Below are positions 49,359-59,570 of a DNA stretch of 64,000 nt, one piece after another. A model generated the notes under the pieces. The model saw only the letters and a program-made list of their open reading frames with translations, ran no database searches and had not been told where the DNA came from. This stretch comes from an uncultured cyanobacterium. Lineage in GTDB: Bacteria > Cyanobacteriota > Cyanobacteriia > PCC-6307 > Cyanobiaceae. The stretch is from positions 288,001 to 352,000 of the forward strand of contig CAVXWZ010000011.1 of assembly GCA_963765575.1 (NCBI GenBank), read 5' to 3'. Position 1 is the first letter of the stretch; each line of letters begins with the position of its first letter. The translations under genes and the position numbers were made by a program.

Positions 49359-50552
49359 ATGGGGGAGTTGGTTTCGCTGCACTCCCGCCCCACCCGTTCC
49401 GGGTGCGCCAGCTCCGGAGCTGCCCAGGGCTGGTCCCGCGACCGGCGGCTGTGGTGGTTGCTGTGGTCGGCCTGTCCCGGGCTGGGTTGGGTGAGCTTGC
49501 GCCGGATCGAGGCCCATGTCGGCTCCCTGGAGGCGGCCTGGCTCCTGCCCCTGCAGGAGTTGCCGCCATTGCCCGGGCGGGGCCAGGCCGCGCTGCAGCA
49601 GCTCGATCGCTTTCGGCGCCGGTGGGGAGAGGCGCCGCTGGAGCGCTGGGCCGCGCAGGTGCACGGCGGCCGGGGGGTGCTGCTGCCCGGTGATGGCGCC
49701 TCCCCGCCGCAGCTCAGGCAGCTCGAGCGGCCGCCCCTGGCCCTGCACTGGCGGGGGCGAGGCAGCCTCTGGCCTTGCCTGGCCAGTCGCCAGGCCGTGG
49801 CGGTGGTCGGTACCCGCCGGCCTTCGCCCCATGGTCTGGCGATGGCGGAGGCCCTGGGCCGGGCCCTCGCCGCGGCCGGATGGCCGGTGGTGAGCGGTCT
49901 GGCTGAGGGCATCGACGCGGCCTGCCACCGGGGCTGCCTGGCGGCCGGAGGTCGGCCCGTGGCGGTGTTGGGCACGCCGCTGGACAGGGTCTACCCGCGG
50001 CACCACGGTGACCTGCAGGGGCAGGTGGGCCACCAGGGCCTGCTGATCAGTGAGCACCCCCGCGGGGCCCCGGTGCGGGCCGGCCAGTTTGTCTGCCGCA
50101 ATCGCCTGCAGGTGGCCCTGGCCCGGGCCGTGGTGGTGGTGGAGTGCCCCGAGCGCAGCGGCGCCCTGCATTCCGCCCGCCTCGCCTGGCGGCAGCAGCT
50201 GCCGCTGTGGGTGGTGCCCGCCGATGCTGCCAGGGCCTCCGCTCGGGGCAGCAACCGCTTGCTGGGCGAAAGCGCTTCGGTGTTGCTGGAGCCAGCCGAT
50301 CTGGTGCGTCAGCTCGGCTCCGGGCCGCTGGCCCGCTCGGCCCTCGCTGGCCCGCCCAGGTCGGCCGTTCCCTCGGCGCGGCCGCCGGCAGGGGAGAGGG
50401 AGCTGCTGCAGGCCCTCGGGGAGCGGGCGTCGCTGGAGGAGCTCTGCCTGCAACTCGCGCAACCGGCCGGCAGCCTGGCGCCCCGCCTGTTGGCGCTGGA
50501 GTTGGCGGGGCTGGTGCGGGCCGAGCCGGGGCTCCACTGGCGGCGCCTTTAG
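49359..50552 (+). CDS. dprA: DNA-processing protein DprA
   Basis: AVVGTRRPS, VVSGLAEGIDAACH, RNRLQVAL, SGALHSA, GSNRLL, C-terminal winged helix. Confidence 0.93.
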   Translation: MGELVSLHSRPTRSGCASSGAAQGWSRDRRLWWLLWSACPGLGWVSLRRIEAHVGSLEAAWLLPLQELPPLPGRGQAALQQLDRFRRRWGEAPLERWAAQVHGGRGVLLPGDGASPPQLRQLERPPLALHWRGRGSLWPCLASRQAVAVVGTRRPSPHGLAMAEALGRALAAAGWPVVSGLAEGIDAACHRGCLAAGGRPVAVLGTPLDRVYPRHHGDLQGQVGHQGLLISEHPRGAPVRAGQFVCRNRLQVALARAVVVVECPERSGALHSARLAWRQQLPLWVVPADAARASARGSNRLLGESASVLLEPADLVRQLGSGPLARSALAGPPRSAVPSARPPAGERELLQALGERASLEELCLQLAQPAGSLAPRLLALELAGLVRAEPGLHWRRL

Positions 50553-50583
50553 CGTGAGTCGGTGCTGATCCACAGCCGCCGCC

Positions 50584-51540
50584 ATGACGGTCCGATGGCA
50601 ACAACCGGCAGCCCCCGGGCCTGGGCAGTCCGCTGAGCTGCCGATCCGGCCCAGCGCACCCTCCGGAGCTGTGCTGCCGGGCCAGGCCCTGCTGGATTGG
50701 CGCCGGCAGCAGTTGGCCCAGGGGGGGCGAGCTGCCGATCTCGACTGGCTGCTGGATCTGGTGGGGGGTCTGCGCTGGGCGGACCTGCAGCGTCTGCGCC
50801 TCGATCCCGAGCGCAGCGTGCGGCTCCAGCTGACCCTGCCCCGCCTGGCGGCCCTGTGGCGGCGGCATCTTTCCCGCCAGGAGCCCGTGCAGTACCTGGC
50901 CGGTTGCTGTCCCTGGCGGGACCTGACGCTGGCCGTGGCTCCCGGTGTGCTGATCCCCCGGCAGGACACCGAACTGCTCGTGGACCTGGCCCAGGGCCTG
51001 CTGGAGCATCCGCCAGGGTTCTGGGCCGACCTGGGCACCGGTTCCGGCTGTCTGGCCCTGGCCCTGGCCCGGCTCTGGCCCAGGAGCCGGGGCGTGGCTG
51101 TGGATCTGAGCGCCCTGGCCCTCAGTCAAGCCGGCGCCAACCTCCAGGCCGCCGGCTTGACCGAGCGCGTGGAGCTGCAGGCCGGCAGCTGGTGGCAGCC
51201 ACTGCGGCCGGGTTGGGGAACGTTGGAGCTGGTGGTGGCCAATCCCCCCTACATCCCCACGGCCGTGTGGGCTGATCTGGAGCCGGTGGTGCGCGACCAC
51301 GAACCCGTTCTGGCCCTGGACGGGGGCCCCGATGGTCTGCGGGAGATCCGCCTGATCGCCGCCGGTGCGCTGGCGGCGCTGGCTCCCGGCGGCTCGCTGG
51401 TGCTGGAGCACCACCACGATCAGGGCGAGGCCGTCGCTGAGCTGCTGGTTGCCGCCGGTCTCGAGCGGGTGCAGGCTCACCAGGATCTTCAGGGCATCTG
51501 GCGTTTCGCCTCTGCCCGCCGACCCCTCGGTCTCCGATGA
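50584..51540 (+). CDS. prmC: release factor glutamine methyltransferase
   Basis: PVQYL, VLIPRQDTE, DLGTGSG, NPPY, ALDGGPDGL. Confidence 0.93.
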   Translation: MTVRWQQPAAPGPGQSAELPIRPSAPSGAVLPGQALLDWRRQQLAQGGRAADLDWLLDLVGGLRWADLQRLRLDPERSVRLQLTLPRLAALWRRHLSRQEPVQYLAGCCPWRDLTLAVAPGVLIPRQDTELLVDLAQGLLEHPPGFWADLGTGSGCLALALARLWPRSRGVAVDLSALALSQAGANLQAAGLTERVELQAGSWWQPLRPGWGTLELVVANPPYIPTAVWADLEPVVRDHEPVLALDGGPDGLREIRLIAAGALAALAPGGSLVLEHHHDQGEAVAELLVAAGLERVQAHQDLQGIWRFASARRPLGLR

Positions 51541-52172
51541 CGCCCCCCCAGCCTTTGGACCCACCCGGGGCGGTCCTTTCTCCTGCTGAGCTGGCGCGCC
51601 AACTCCAGGCCGGGGCCGTGGCGCTGATGCCCACCGACACGCTGCCTGCCCTGGCGGCCAGCCCCGAGCACGCTGGCCAGATCTGGGCCCTCAAGGGCCG
51701 CCCAGCCCACAAGCCCCTGATCCTGATGGGGGCCCACCTGGAGCAGCTGGGCGGGGTGCTCGGCACCCCCTGGAATCGGGAATGGCTGGACCTGGCGGCT
51801 CGGGGCTGGCCCGGAGCCCTCACGCTGGTGCTGCCGGCCCGGGGCCCTTGGGTGGAGTGGCTCCACCCAGGCGGCGGCGATCTGGGCCTGCGCATTCCTG
51901 CCTGCAGCCAGGCCCGGGAGTTGCTGCGGCTGAGTGGCCCGCTGGCCACCACCAGCGCCAATCCATCGGGTCTTGCCGCCGCCACAACTGTGGAGCAGGC
52001 CAAGGAGTTGTTTCCGTTGCTGCCGGTGCTGGGGCCGCTGCCCTGGCCAGAGGCCGGCGGCGCCGCCAGCACGGTGCTGGCCTGGCAGGCCAGCGAGGGC
52101 TCAGGGGCCGGCCGATGGCGGCTGCTGCGCGCCGGTGCTTTCCTGCCCGAAGACCTGCACCTCGATGGCTGA
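51537..52172 (+). CDS. tsaC: L-threonylcarbamoyladenylate synthase (Sua5/YrdC)
   Basis: PTDTL, KGRPAHKPL, WPGALT, RIP, TTSANPSG. Confidence 0.9.
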   Translation: MTPPQPLDPPGAVLSPAELARQLQAGAVALMPTDTLPALAASPEHAGQIWALKGRPAHKPLILMGAHLEQLGGVLGTPWNREWLDLAARGWPGALTLVLPARGPWVEWLHPGGGDLGLRIPACSQARELLRLSGPLATTSANPSGLAAATTVEQAKELFPLLPVLGPLPWPEAGGAASTVLAWQASEGSGAGRWRLLRAGAFLPEDLHLDG

Positions 52173-52327
52173 TGGCGGCCCTGGCCCTCGTGCTGCTGAT
52201 CACCATGGCCGCCTACGCCTGGCTGGCGACGCCACTGATCCAAGCCGGCACTGGCCTGCTCCAGGCCGGCTGGCTGCTCTGGCTGCCAGTGCTGGTGCTG
52301 GTGTGGCTGCTGGCCACGCGCGACTGA
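52172..52327 (+). CDS. small membrane protein (51 aa)
   Basis: ATG overlaps the tsaC TGA; two hydrophobic stretches. Confidence 0.6.
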   Translation: MAALALVLLITMAAYAWLATPLIQAGTGLLQAGWLLWLPVLVLVWLLATRD

Positions 52328-52428
52328 CGCCATCACTCTCCTGCCGGGCCAGTCCTGCGGCTGTGTCCTGCTGGGCGACAGCCAGATCGGAACGCCCCTA
52401 AGGTTCGCTGCTCTTTGCAGTCCAGTCG

Positions 52429-53760
52429 ATGGCCCATCGCCGCCGGATGCTTGTGGCGGGCCTGGGGCTGTTGGGCTGGTGCTGCGCGCTGCTGCTGAAT
52501 CTGACGCTGCCGGTGCTCGCCCAGCCCGCTGGGTCGCCCCCTGCGGCACAGCCGGCGACGCAGCGGGCGGAGCTGCGGGGGGTGTGGCTCACCGCCAATG
52601 ACATGCCGGTGCTGCGGGATCGGGAGCGCATGCAGGAGAGTGTGGCCCGCCTGGCCGAGCTCGGTTTCAACACGCTCTATCCGGTGGTCTGGAACGGCGG
52701 TCTTGCCTACTACCCCAGCTCGGTGGTGATGGAGCGGCAGCTGCAGAACTTCCGCTACCTCGGGTTGCAGGGCCAGGACGTGCTCGGCGAGCTGATCGCC
52801 GAGGGCAGGCGGCAACGGCTGCTGGTGATTCCCTGGTTTGAGTTTGGCTTCATGGCGCCGCTCGATTCAACCCTGGCCAAGCGCCACCGGGCCTGGCTCA
52901 CCCAGAAACAGGATGGCGGCCTCACCTCCGTCAGTGCCGCCGGCAAGGTGGCCTGGCTGAACCCGTTCCGCCCGGAGGTGCAAGAGCTGATCACCGATCT
53001 GGTGCTGGAGGTGGTGGGCACCTACGGGGCCGATGGCATCCAGTTTGATGACCACATGACCCTGCCGCGGGAGTTTGGCTACGACTCCTTCACCACCGCT
53101 CTGTATCGGCGCGAAACCGGCAAGAACCCTCCCGCCAATCCGGCCGATGCCGCCTGGGTGAAGTGGCGTGCCGACAAGATCACGGCGTTCATGGATCGCC
53201 TCAGCAAGGCGGTGCGGGCGCGGCGGCCCGGGGCGATCGTGTCGGTCTCACCCAACTACTACGACTTCGCCTACAAGCTGCAACTGCAGGACTGGCTCAC
53301 CTGGGTGAGACGGGGCATCGCCGATGAACTGCTGGTGCAGATCTACCGCCCCGACCTGCCCAGCTACACCCCCCACCTGATCCGGCCGGAGGTGCAGGAA
53401 TCCCGCCAGCGCATCCCCACCGCCATCGCCATCCTCAGTGGCCAGCGCAGTCGCCCCATCTCCATCGACCTGATGCAGGAGAAGGTGCTCGCCAACCGTC
53501 AGGCGGGCCTCGGCGTGTCCTTCTTCTACTTCGAAAGTCTCTGGGCCCTGGGCCCGGAGCCCCCCGACCAGCGCAAGTCGGTGCTGGCCAGGCTGTTCGC
53601 CGCCCCCGCTCCACGCGTTGCCGGTCCTGCGCCTGCAGCGCGGGTCGCCCCGCCAGCGCCGCTGCCGAGCTCGCCGCTGGCGCCGCCGCCGCCGCCGCCC
53701 CTGCGGACACCACCACGTCCGCCTGCCCTGCGTCAGACCCAGGCCCTGCCGGGCGTTTGA
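52429..53760 (+). CDS. glycoside hydrolase-like family 10 (GHL10/DUF187) exported protein
   Basis: Signal peptide, ELRGVWLT, NTLYP, PWFEFG, WLNPFRPEV, DGIQFDDH, QDW; Pro-rich tail. Confidence 0.88.
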   Translation: MAHRRRMLVAGLGLLGWCCALLLNLTLPVLAQPAGSPPAAQPATQRAELRGVWLTANDMPVLRDRERMQESVARLAELGFNTLYPVVWNGGLAYYPSSVVMERQLQNFRYLGLQGQDVLGELIAEGRRQRLLVIPWFEFGFMAPLDSTLAKRHRAWLTQKQDGGLTSVSAAGKVAWLNPFRPEVQELITDLVLEVVGTYGADGIQFDDHMTLPREFGYDSFTTALYRRETGKNPPANPADAAWVKWRADKITAFMDRLSKAVRARRPGAIVSVSPNYYDFAYKLQLQDWLTWVRRGIADELLVQIYRPDLPSYTPHLIRPEVQESRQRIPTAIAILSGQRSRPISIDLMQEKVLANRQAGLGVSFFYFESLWALGPEPPDQRKSVLARLFAAPAPRVAGPAPAARVAPPAPLPSSPLAPPPPPPLRTPPRPPALRQTQALPGV

Positions 53761-53826
53761 GTTGCGGTGGGGTGCCGGGTCGGTGCCTGTTGTGCGGTGG
53801 CGCCTGGGCAGGCGTCAGCCTGGAGA

Positions 53827-53898
53827 AGCCGGCTAACGGATTTGAACCGATGGCCTTCGCTTTACAAAAGCGCTGCTCTACCGCTGAGCTAAGCCGGC
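53827..53898 (-). tRNA. trnT: tRNA-Thr(TGT)
   Basis: GCCGGCTTAGCTCAGCGGTAGAGCAGCGCTTTTGTAAAGCG...GGTTCAAATCCGTTAGCCGGCT. Confidence 0.97.
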
Positions 53899-54176
53899 GT
53901 TGTGGCTGCCTGGTCGTCAGCACAGGGAGGATTATCGACCCCTGGCGGCGCGGCGAGTGCCCAGAGCAGCAACTGGGTGCGGTTCTGACAACCGGCCTTG
54001 GCCAGCAGGTTTGAGATGTGGCTTTCCACCGTGCGGGGACTCAGCACCAGCGCCGCGGCGATCGCCTTGTTGGTGAGCCCCCGGCCCAGTTGCGTGAGCA
54101 CCCGCCGCTCAGCCGGGCTGATGGCGGTGCTCCCCTCCACCCAGTTCGCCGTTGTGGCGGCAATGGGGCTGGTCAT
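53889..54176 (-). CDS. small stand-alone LuxR-type HTH regulator (PedR-like)
   Basis: SPAERRVL, GLTNKAIA, LSPRTVESHISNLLAK, NRTQL. Confidence 0.85.
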   Translation of the reverse strand: MTSPIAATTANWVEGSTAISPAERRVLTQLGRGLTNKAIAAALVLSPRTVESHISNLLAKAGCQNRTQLLLWALAAPPGVDNPPCADDQAATTPA

Positions 54177-54257
54177 GGCCGGCGTAGGGAAATGGCTGCA
54201 TCCAGAGTTGCCACGCCTCAGCACAGGCCGCGGCCGCCGCCTTTGCTGAGCGGGATC

Positions 54258-54593
54258 TCAGGGGCTGATGCGAGCGCTCAAGCTCGGCTCGGAATCATCG
54301 TCGCCCGTGGCCTCGGCTGTGGGTTCGTCAAGGCGGCGGGCCCGGCGGATCGGCAGGTTGGCCACCAAGGCCGTGACCCGGTCCTCGGTGGCCAGGCTCA
54401 CGTCGCCCTCCTCCATGTCGATCTCCACGTAGCGGCTCACCACCTCGAGGATCTCGCGCCGCATCTGCTCCAGCAGCTCGGGATTGAGATCGCTGCGGTC
54501 ATGGGCCAGCACCAGGCGCAGGCGTTGCTTGGCGGTGCCGGCGCTGGCCGTCTGACGGCCCAGCAGTTTGTCGATCAGGTCGCGCAGGGTCAT
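54258..54593 (-). CDS. minE: cell division topological specificity factor
   Basis: [35 protein letters not shown]. Confidence 0.96.
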   Translation of the reverse strand: MTLRDLIDKLLGRQTASAGTAKQRLRLVLAHDRSDLNPELLEQMRREILEVVSRYVEIDMEEGDVSLATEDRVTALVANLPIRRARRLDEPTAEATGDDDSEPSLSARISP

Positions 54594-54597
54594 CGGC

Positions 54598-55416
54598 TCA
54601 GAAGATCTTCGTTTGCATCAGCCGGCCGATCCGGGCCCGCAGACCCTGGCGTTCTTTGCTGGGGTCGATCAGTGGCACGTCTTCGCCGCGCAGCCTTCGG
54701 GCCACGTTGGTGTAGGCCCTGCCCGCCGGTGAGCTGCCTTCCCCCAGGGTCAGCGGTTCGCCCCGGTTTGTGCTCACGATCACCTGCTCGTCTTCCACCA
54801 CCAGACCCAGCAGGGGCAGGGCGAGGATGTCGGTGACGTCATCGACGCCCAGCATCTCCTGGTTGGCCATCATCTTCGGCCGCACCCGGTTGAGCACCAG
54901 CTGGATCGGCTTCACCCCCTCGCTGTTGAGCAGCCCGATCACGCGGTCGGCATCGCGCACGGCCGACACCTCCGGGGTGGTGACGATGATCGCCTCCGAG
55001 GCGGCGGCCATGGCATTGCGAAAGCCGCCCTCAATGCCCGCCGGGGCGTCGATGAGCACGTAGTCGAAATGCTCACCCACCATGGCGGCAATCTTGCGCA
55101 TGTCGTCTGGTTTCAGCCACTCGAGCATGCGTGGGTTGCCGGCTGGCAGCAGGGCCAGGTTTGGCTCCTGCTTGTGCTTCACCAGGGCCTGCTCCAGGCG
55201 GCAGCTCTCAGCCAGCACCTCCTGGGCGGTGTAGACGATGCGGTTTTCCAGGCCCAGCAGCAGGTCGAGGTTGCGCAGCCCGAAGTCGGCGTCGAGCACG
55301 GCAGTTCGGGCCCCCTGGCGGGCCAGGGCGATGCCGAGGTTGGCGGTGAGGGTGGTCTTGCCCACCCCTCCCTTGCCGGAGCAGATCAAGATGAAGCGGC
55401 TGGACTGCTCGGTCAC
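54598..55416 (-). CDS. minD: septum site-determining ATPase
   Basis: [33 protein letters not shown]. Confidence 0.97.
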   Translation of the reverse strand: MTEQSSRFILICSGKGGVGKTTLTANLGIALARQGARTAVLDADFGLRNLDLLLGLENRIVYTAQEVLAESCRLEQALVKHKQEPNLALLPAGNPRMLEWLKPDDMRKIAAMVGEHFDYVLIDAPAGIEGGFRNAMAAASEAIIVTTPEVSAVRDADRVIGLLNSEGVKPIQLVLNRVRPKMMANQEMLGVDDVTDILALPLLGLVVEDEQVIVSTNRGEPLTLGEGSSPAGRAYTNVARRLRGEDVPLIDPSKERQGLRARIGRLMQTKIF

Positions 55417-56222
55417 GGCTGGGCCTGGGGTCGGGGCAGGTTAGGGCCAAAACGCTGCATCCCCAATTCACGTCCCGATGGCCGCCCCGCCTGGGGTACC
55501 GGCTCCAGCGGCCAGATCGGCGGAGCCGGGTCCAGGCGGATCACGCCGTCCACCAGGGAGGCCTGCTCGGCCATTCCGGTTGCTGGGCTGCCTTCCGGCC
55601 CCCGGGCCACCGTCCCGGCGATGCGCAGCTGCAGGGGCCGCAGCTGCAGGGCGACAATCCGGGCCTGCGCATCCCCCCGGCAGCCGGCATGGGCCATGCC
55701 CCGAAGTCGGCCCCACACCAGCACATGGCCGCCGGCGCTCACCCGGGCGCCCGGGTTGACATCGCCGAGCACGAGCACCGATGCCTCCGCTTCCAGGTGG
55801 TCTCCTGAGCGCAGGGTGCCGCGCTGGAGGGTGAGGCCAGCGCGGCCGGAACCCGCCTCGGCGGCCCCCTGGCCACTGAGCCCTTGGCGGAACCAGCTCG
55901 TGCAGGTCTGCAGGCCCAAGGCCGCCGCCGCCACCCGGCTGCGGGGAGCATCGCTGCAGAGGGCGACCAGCCGCACGCCACGCTGGCCCAGCCTTTCGGC
56001 CACCGCCCGCAGCTCACCAACGCCAAGATGCCAGCCGCCCGGAGCCAGCCCGAGGGCCTGGGGTAGCGGCGCTGCGCCCAGGAGGCTGGCCTCGTTGAGG
56101 GCCCGTTCCACCAGGTCCAGCAGCGGCGCGGTGCCGCCCTGGGGCGGCAGCACGAGCCAGCCGGGAGCTCCCTCCCAGCCTGGTGCGAGCACCACCGCCT
56201 CCATGGCCGCCGTCGGCATCAT
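55413..56222 (-). CDS. minC: septum site-determining protein
   Basis: GTLRSG, GDVNPGA, WGRLRGMAHAG, QLRIA. Confidence 0.92.
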   Translation of the reverse strand: MMPTAAMEAVVLAPGWEGAPGWLVLPPQGGTAPLLDLVERALNEASLLGAAPLPQALGLAPGGWHLGVGELRAVAERLGQRGVRLVALCSDAPRSRVAAAALGLQTCTSWFRQGLSGQGAAEAGSGRAGLTLQRGTLRSGDHLEAEASVLVLGDVNPGARVSAGGHVLVWGRLRGMAHAGCRGDAQARIVALQLRPLQLRIAGTVARGPEGSPATGMAEQASLVDGVIRLDPAPPIWPLEPVPQAGRPSGRELGMQRFGPNLPRPQAQP

Positions 56223-57460
56223 CCCCTGATCAACAGCCGCAACTTAGGGGCCACCTCCGCCGGGTGAATCAACCAGGCCATCTCCACGGGCCGGGTGAGG
56301 CTCTGCACCAGGGCCGAGCGCTGCTCGAGGGCCTCGAGATGGCGGCCGTCCCATAGACGCAGCCCACCTTTGTAGGGGTGATAGCCGCGGCTCTGGCGCT
56401 GCTGCAGGCCGCAGCAGCTGTCCGCCACCAGGCCCTGCTCCTCCGCCAGGCGCCGGGCCCGGGCGAGCAGCTCAAGCCGTTCAGCTGCGGGGCGATGGCT
56501 GACATCCGTGGCCTTCAGCAGCCGCCTCTCCAGCAGGCGCCGGCAGGGCTCCGCCAGTTCCGCCGGGCCCTCCTCCATCCAGCGCATCAGGTGGTAGCCG
56601 GTGCGGATGTCGTCGTTGGCCAGGTAGGTGTCCAGGTTCAGATCCTGCTGGTGCCATAGCCACCCGGCCATCACCGGGTCGGCCCAAACCAGCCGGGGCC
56701 CGAGGCTGCGTGCCCGGCTGATCACCTGCTGCAACAGCCAGTTGCAGACCACGTTGAGACGGTGGTTGTAGACGCTGCGATACATCAGATTGCGCACCAC
56801 CAGGTAGTGCTCCACGGCCATCAGGCCCTTGGGATGGAGGGCCAGGCTGCCGTCGGGAGCGAGGGTGAGGGCGGCCAGAATCCGTTCCAGGTCGAGATGG
56901 CCGTAGCTCATGCCGGTGCTGTGGCTGTCCCGCAGCAGGTAGTCCAGCCGGTCGCAATCGAGCTGGCTGCTCACCAGCGCTTTGATGGCCCGGCAGGGGT
57001 GATCGCCGTCCCCCAGCAGCTGGGCCACCGTTTCGGCGCTGCCTGGGGCGAAGTGTTCCAGCGGTTCCCGCAGCGCCGGATGCTCCCGGATCAGCCGGCC
57101 TGACCAGTCTTCATGGCGCATCCCATACATCTCCTCGCCGCTGTGGCTGAGGGGTCCATGGCCCACGTCGTGCAGGAGGGCCGCGGCATAGAGCACGCCC
57201 CGATGGGCGGCCAGCTGGGGATGCAGTCGCTCGAGCTCGGCCAGGGCCCGCCGTGCCAGGTGCAGCACACCGAGCGAGTGGGTGAACCGACTCGACTCGG
57301 CGCCGTGGAAGGTGAGAAAGGCAGGACCGAGCTGCCGCACCCGCCGCAGCCGTTGAAACGGCGCTGTGTCGATCAGGCGGATGGCCAGGGCCTCGGCTGG
57401 CTCGTTGTGGCGCAGCCTGATCGACCCGTGGAGGGGGTCGTGGTATGTGCGTTCGGCCAT
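56219..57460 (-). CDS. HD-domain phosphohydrolase (dNTPase-like)
   Basis: DPLHG, FQRLRRVRQLG, RFTHSLG, LLHDVGHGPLSH, DCDRLDYL. Confidence 0.9.
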   Translation of the reverse strand: MAERTYHDPLHGSIRLRHNEPAEALAIRLIDTAPFQRLRRVRQLGPAFLTFHGAESSRFTHSLGVLHLARRALAELERLHPQLAAHRGVLYAAALLHDVGHGPLSHSGEEMYGMRHEDWSGRLIREHPALREPLEHFAPGSAETVAQLLGDGDHPCRAIKALVSSQLDCDRLDYLLRDSHSTGMSYGHLDLERILAALTLAPDGSLALHPKGLMAVEHYLVVRNLMYRSVYNHRLNVVCNWLLQQVISRARSLGPRLVWADPVMAGWLWHQQDLNLDTYLANDDIRTGYHLMRWMEEGPAELAEPCRRLLERRLLKATDVSHRPAAERLELLARARRLAEEQGLVADSCCGLQQRQSRGYHPYKGGLRLWDGRHLEALEQRSALVQSLTRPVEMAWLIHPAEVAPKLRLLIRG

Positions 57461-57487
57461 GCCCGTGCGCTCCGTCACAGCCTCCCC

Positions 57488-58750
57488 TCAGGTGTCGGCT
57501 TCACTCTCGCCGGGCAGCTCGCGGGCCAGCAATTTGCCGGCCTGTTGCAGCCACACGTCGCCATCGCCGCCGGGATTCAGCGGTTCCGGCGCGCTCAGGG
57601 TCACGTCCGGTTCGATGCCTTCGTTCTGGATGTCGCGACCGCCCGGGGTGAGATAGCGGGCCACGGTCACGGCCAGGCCGCTGCTGTCACTGAGGGAGAT
57701 CAGGGTCTGGATCAGCCCCTTGCCATAGGTGCGGCTGCCGGCCAGCCTGCTGCGGCCGTTGTCCTGGAGCGCACCGGCGAGGATCTCACTGGCACTGGCG
57801 GTGCCACCATTCACCAACGTGATCATCGGGCCGTCGAACAGTTGGCCCTGGCCGGACCGCTGGGGGGAGACCAAGCCGCCGCGATCCTCGGTGACCACGA
57901 TCGGTCGGTTGTCCAGCAGCCCGTCAGCCACGGCCAGACCGGCGCTCACCAGGCCACCGGAATTGTTGCGCAGATCCAGAATCAACCCCTCGATGGCCTG
58001 ATCCTGGAGGTCCCGCAGGGCCTCTCCAACCTGGGCGGGCACGGGCTCGGCGAACTGGGTGATGCGCAGATACCCCAGGGTGTGGCCATCGACCCGCAGG
58101 CGCTTGCTGCGCACGGTGTGCAAGTCCACCTGGCGCCGCTCCAGCTCCACTTCCCTGGGGCTGCCGTCCTGGTCCTGCAGGTTCACCAGCACGCTGCTGC
58201 CGCTGGGGCCGCGCAGGGCCGCCGCCGTTCCGTCCAACCCAAGGGCGTCGGTGGCTATCCCGTCAACGCTCAGCAGTTCGCTGCCGCTCAGGATCTCGGC
58301 CTCCGCGGCCGGGGAGTCATCCAGGGGAGCGATCACCACCACGGCGTGGTCGCTGTCCCGGGCCGCCAGCTGTAGCCCCACACCGCTCACCGTGCCCTGG
58401 TTGGTGGATTGCAGGGCCCTGTAGTCCTGCGGTCGCAGCAGACGGGTGTAGGGGTCGTCGAGCGGGCTGAGCATGGCCTCGATGGCCGTGTAGGCCTCGT
58501 CGGAGCTGGTGATCGGCCGCTCCAGGGCCCGCTGGCGCAGGCGTCTCCAATGAATTCGCTCGAACTCCCCTGGATCCAGGTAGCTCTGGTTCACCAGCCG
58601 CCAGGTTTCCACCACCAGCTGCTGGGCATCGTTGAGGGCCAGGCTCGGCTGAACCAGGGTGCCCAGCCAAAGGGCCATGGCGACCAGCCAGGCCAAGGCC
58701 TGGCTGAGGACACGGCCGCTCTGGCGGAGGGACGGCAGGGATCGGAACAC
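57488..58750 (-). CDS. ctpA: carboxyl-terminal processing protease (S41)
   Basis: LDDPYT, PDZ GVGL, DLRNNSGG, TASASEI, TYGKG; start uncertain. Confidence 0.88.
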   Translation of the reverse strand: MFRSLPSLRQSGRVLSQALAWLVAMALWLGTLVQPSLALNDAQQLVVETWRLVNQSYLDPGEFERIHWRRLRQRALERPITSSDEAYTAIEAMLSPLDDPYTRLLRPQDYRALQSTNQGTVSGVGLQLAARDSDHAVVVIAPLDDSPAAEAEILSGSELLSVDGIATDALGLDGTAAALRGPSGSSVLVNLQDQDGSPREVELERRQVDLHTVRSKRLRVDGHTLGYLRITQFAEPVPAQVGEALRDLQDQAIEGLILDLRNNSGGLVSAGLAVADGLLDNRPIVVTEDRGGLVSPQRSGQGQLFDGPMITLVNGGTASASEILAGALQDNGRSRLAGSRTYGKGLIQTLISLSDSSGLAVTVARYLTPGGRDIQNEGIEPDVTLSAPEPLNPGGDGDVWLQQAGKLLARELPGESEADT

Positions 58751-58818
58751 GGGGAGCTCGGCGCTCACGGCAGCTTCGAAGCGGTGCGTAGACTCTCGCA
58801 ACCCATCCACCCAGCTGC

Positions 58819-59502
58819 ATGGCGAACACTCCCGCTGGCAATCCCGGGGGGGCTTCCAACCCCGTCTACGACTGGTTCGAGGAGCGCCTCGAGATCCAGG
58901 CTATCGCCGATGACATTTCGGCGAAGTACGTTCCGCCCCACGTCAACATCTTTTATTGCCTCGGTGGCATCACACTGGTCTGCTTCCTGATCCAGTTTGC
59001 CACCGGGTTTGCAATGACCTTCTATTACAAGCCCACGGTGGCAGAGGCCTACACCTCTGTCCAATACCTGATGACTGACGTCAGCTTCGGCTGGCTGATC
59101 CGCTCTGTCCACCGTTGGAGCGCGTCGATGATGGTGCTGATGCTGATACTGCACGTCTTCCGCGTCTATCTCACCGGCGGCTTCAAGCGTCCTCGGGAAC
59201 TCACCTGGGTCACTGGCGTCGTGATGGCGGTCATCACCGTCAGCTTCGGGGTCACCGGCTATTCCCTTCCCTGGGACCAGGTTGGCTACTGGGCCGTCAA
59301 GATCGTCAGCGGCGTGCCTGCTGCTGTCCCTGTGGTCGGCGACTTCATGGTTGAACTGCTGCGGGGCGGTGAGAGCGTTGGCCAGGCCACCCTCACTCGC
59401 TTCTACAGCCTGCACACCTTTGTGATGCCCTGGCTGTTGGCCGTGTTCATGCTCATGCACTTCCTGATGATCCGTAAGCAGGGAATCTCCGGTCCCTTGT
59501 GA
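58819..59502 (+). CDS. petB: cytochrome b6
   Basis: [42 protein letters not shown]. Confidence 0.99.
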   Translation: MANTPAGNPGGASNPVYDWFEERLEIQAIADDISAKYVPPHVNIFYCLGGITLVCFLIQFATGFAMTFYYKPTVAEAYTSVQYLMTDVSFGWLIRSVHRWSASMMVLMLILHVFRVYLTGGFKRPRELTWVTGVVMAVITVSFGVTGYSLPWDQVGYWAVKIVSGVPAAVPVVGDFMVELLRGGESVGQATLTRFYSLHTFVMPWLLAVFMLMHFLMIRKQGISGPL

Positions 59503-59570
59503 ATCTCTGCTGCACTCCCCACAGCGGCTTCAGTAGCTGCCTCTAGCCTTTCTCCACCGGCCCAACAGCC

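Noticed and set aside
52330..53898. Genomic island at tRNA-Thr carrying the GHL10 gene
   Set aside because: No integrase, no duplicated tRNA 3' end seen, host-like composition; same for the other three tRNAs
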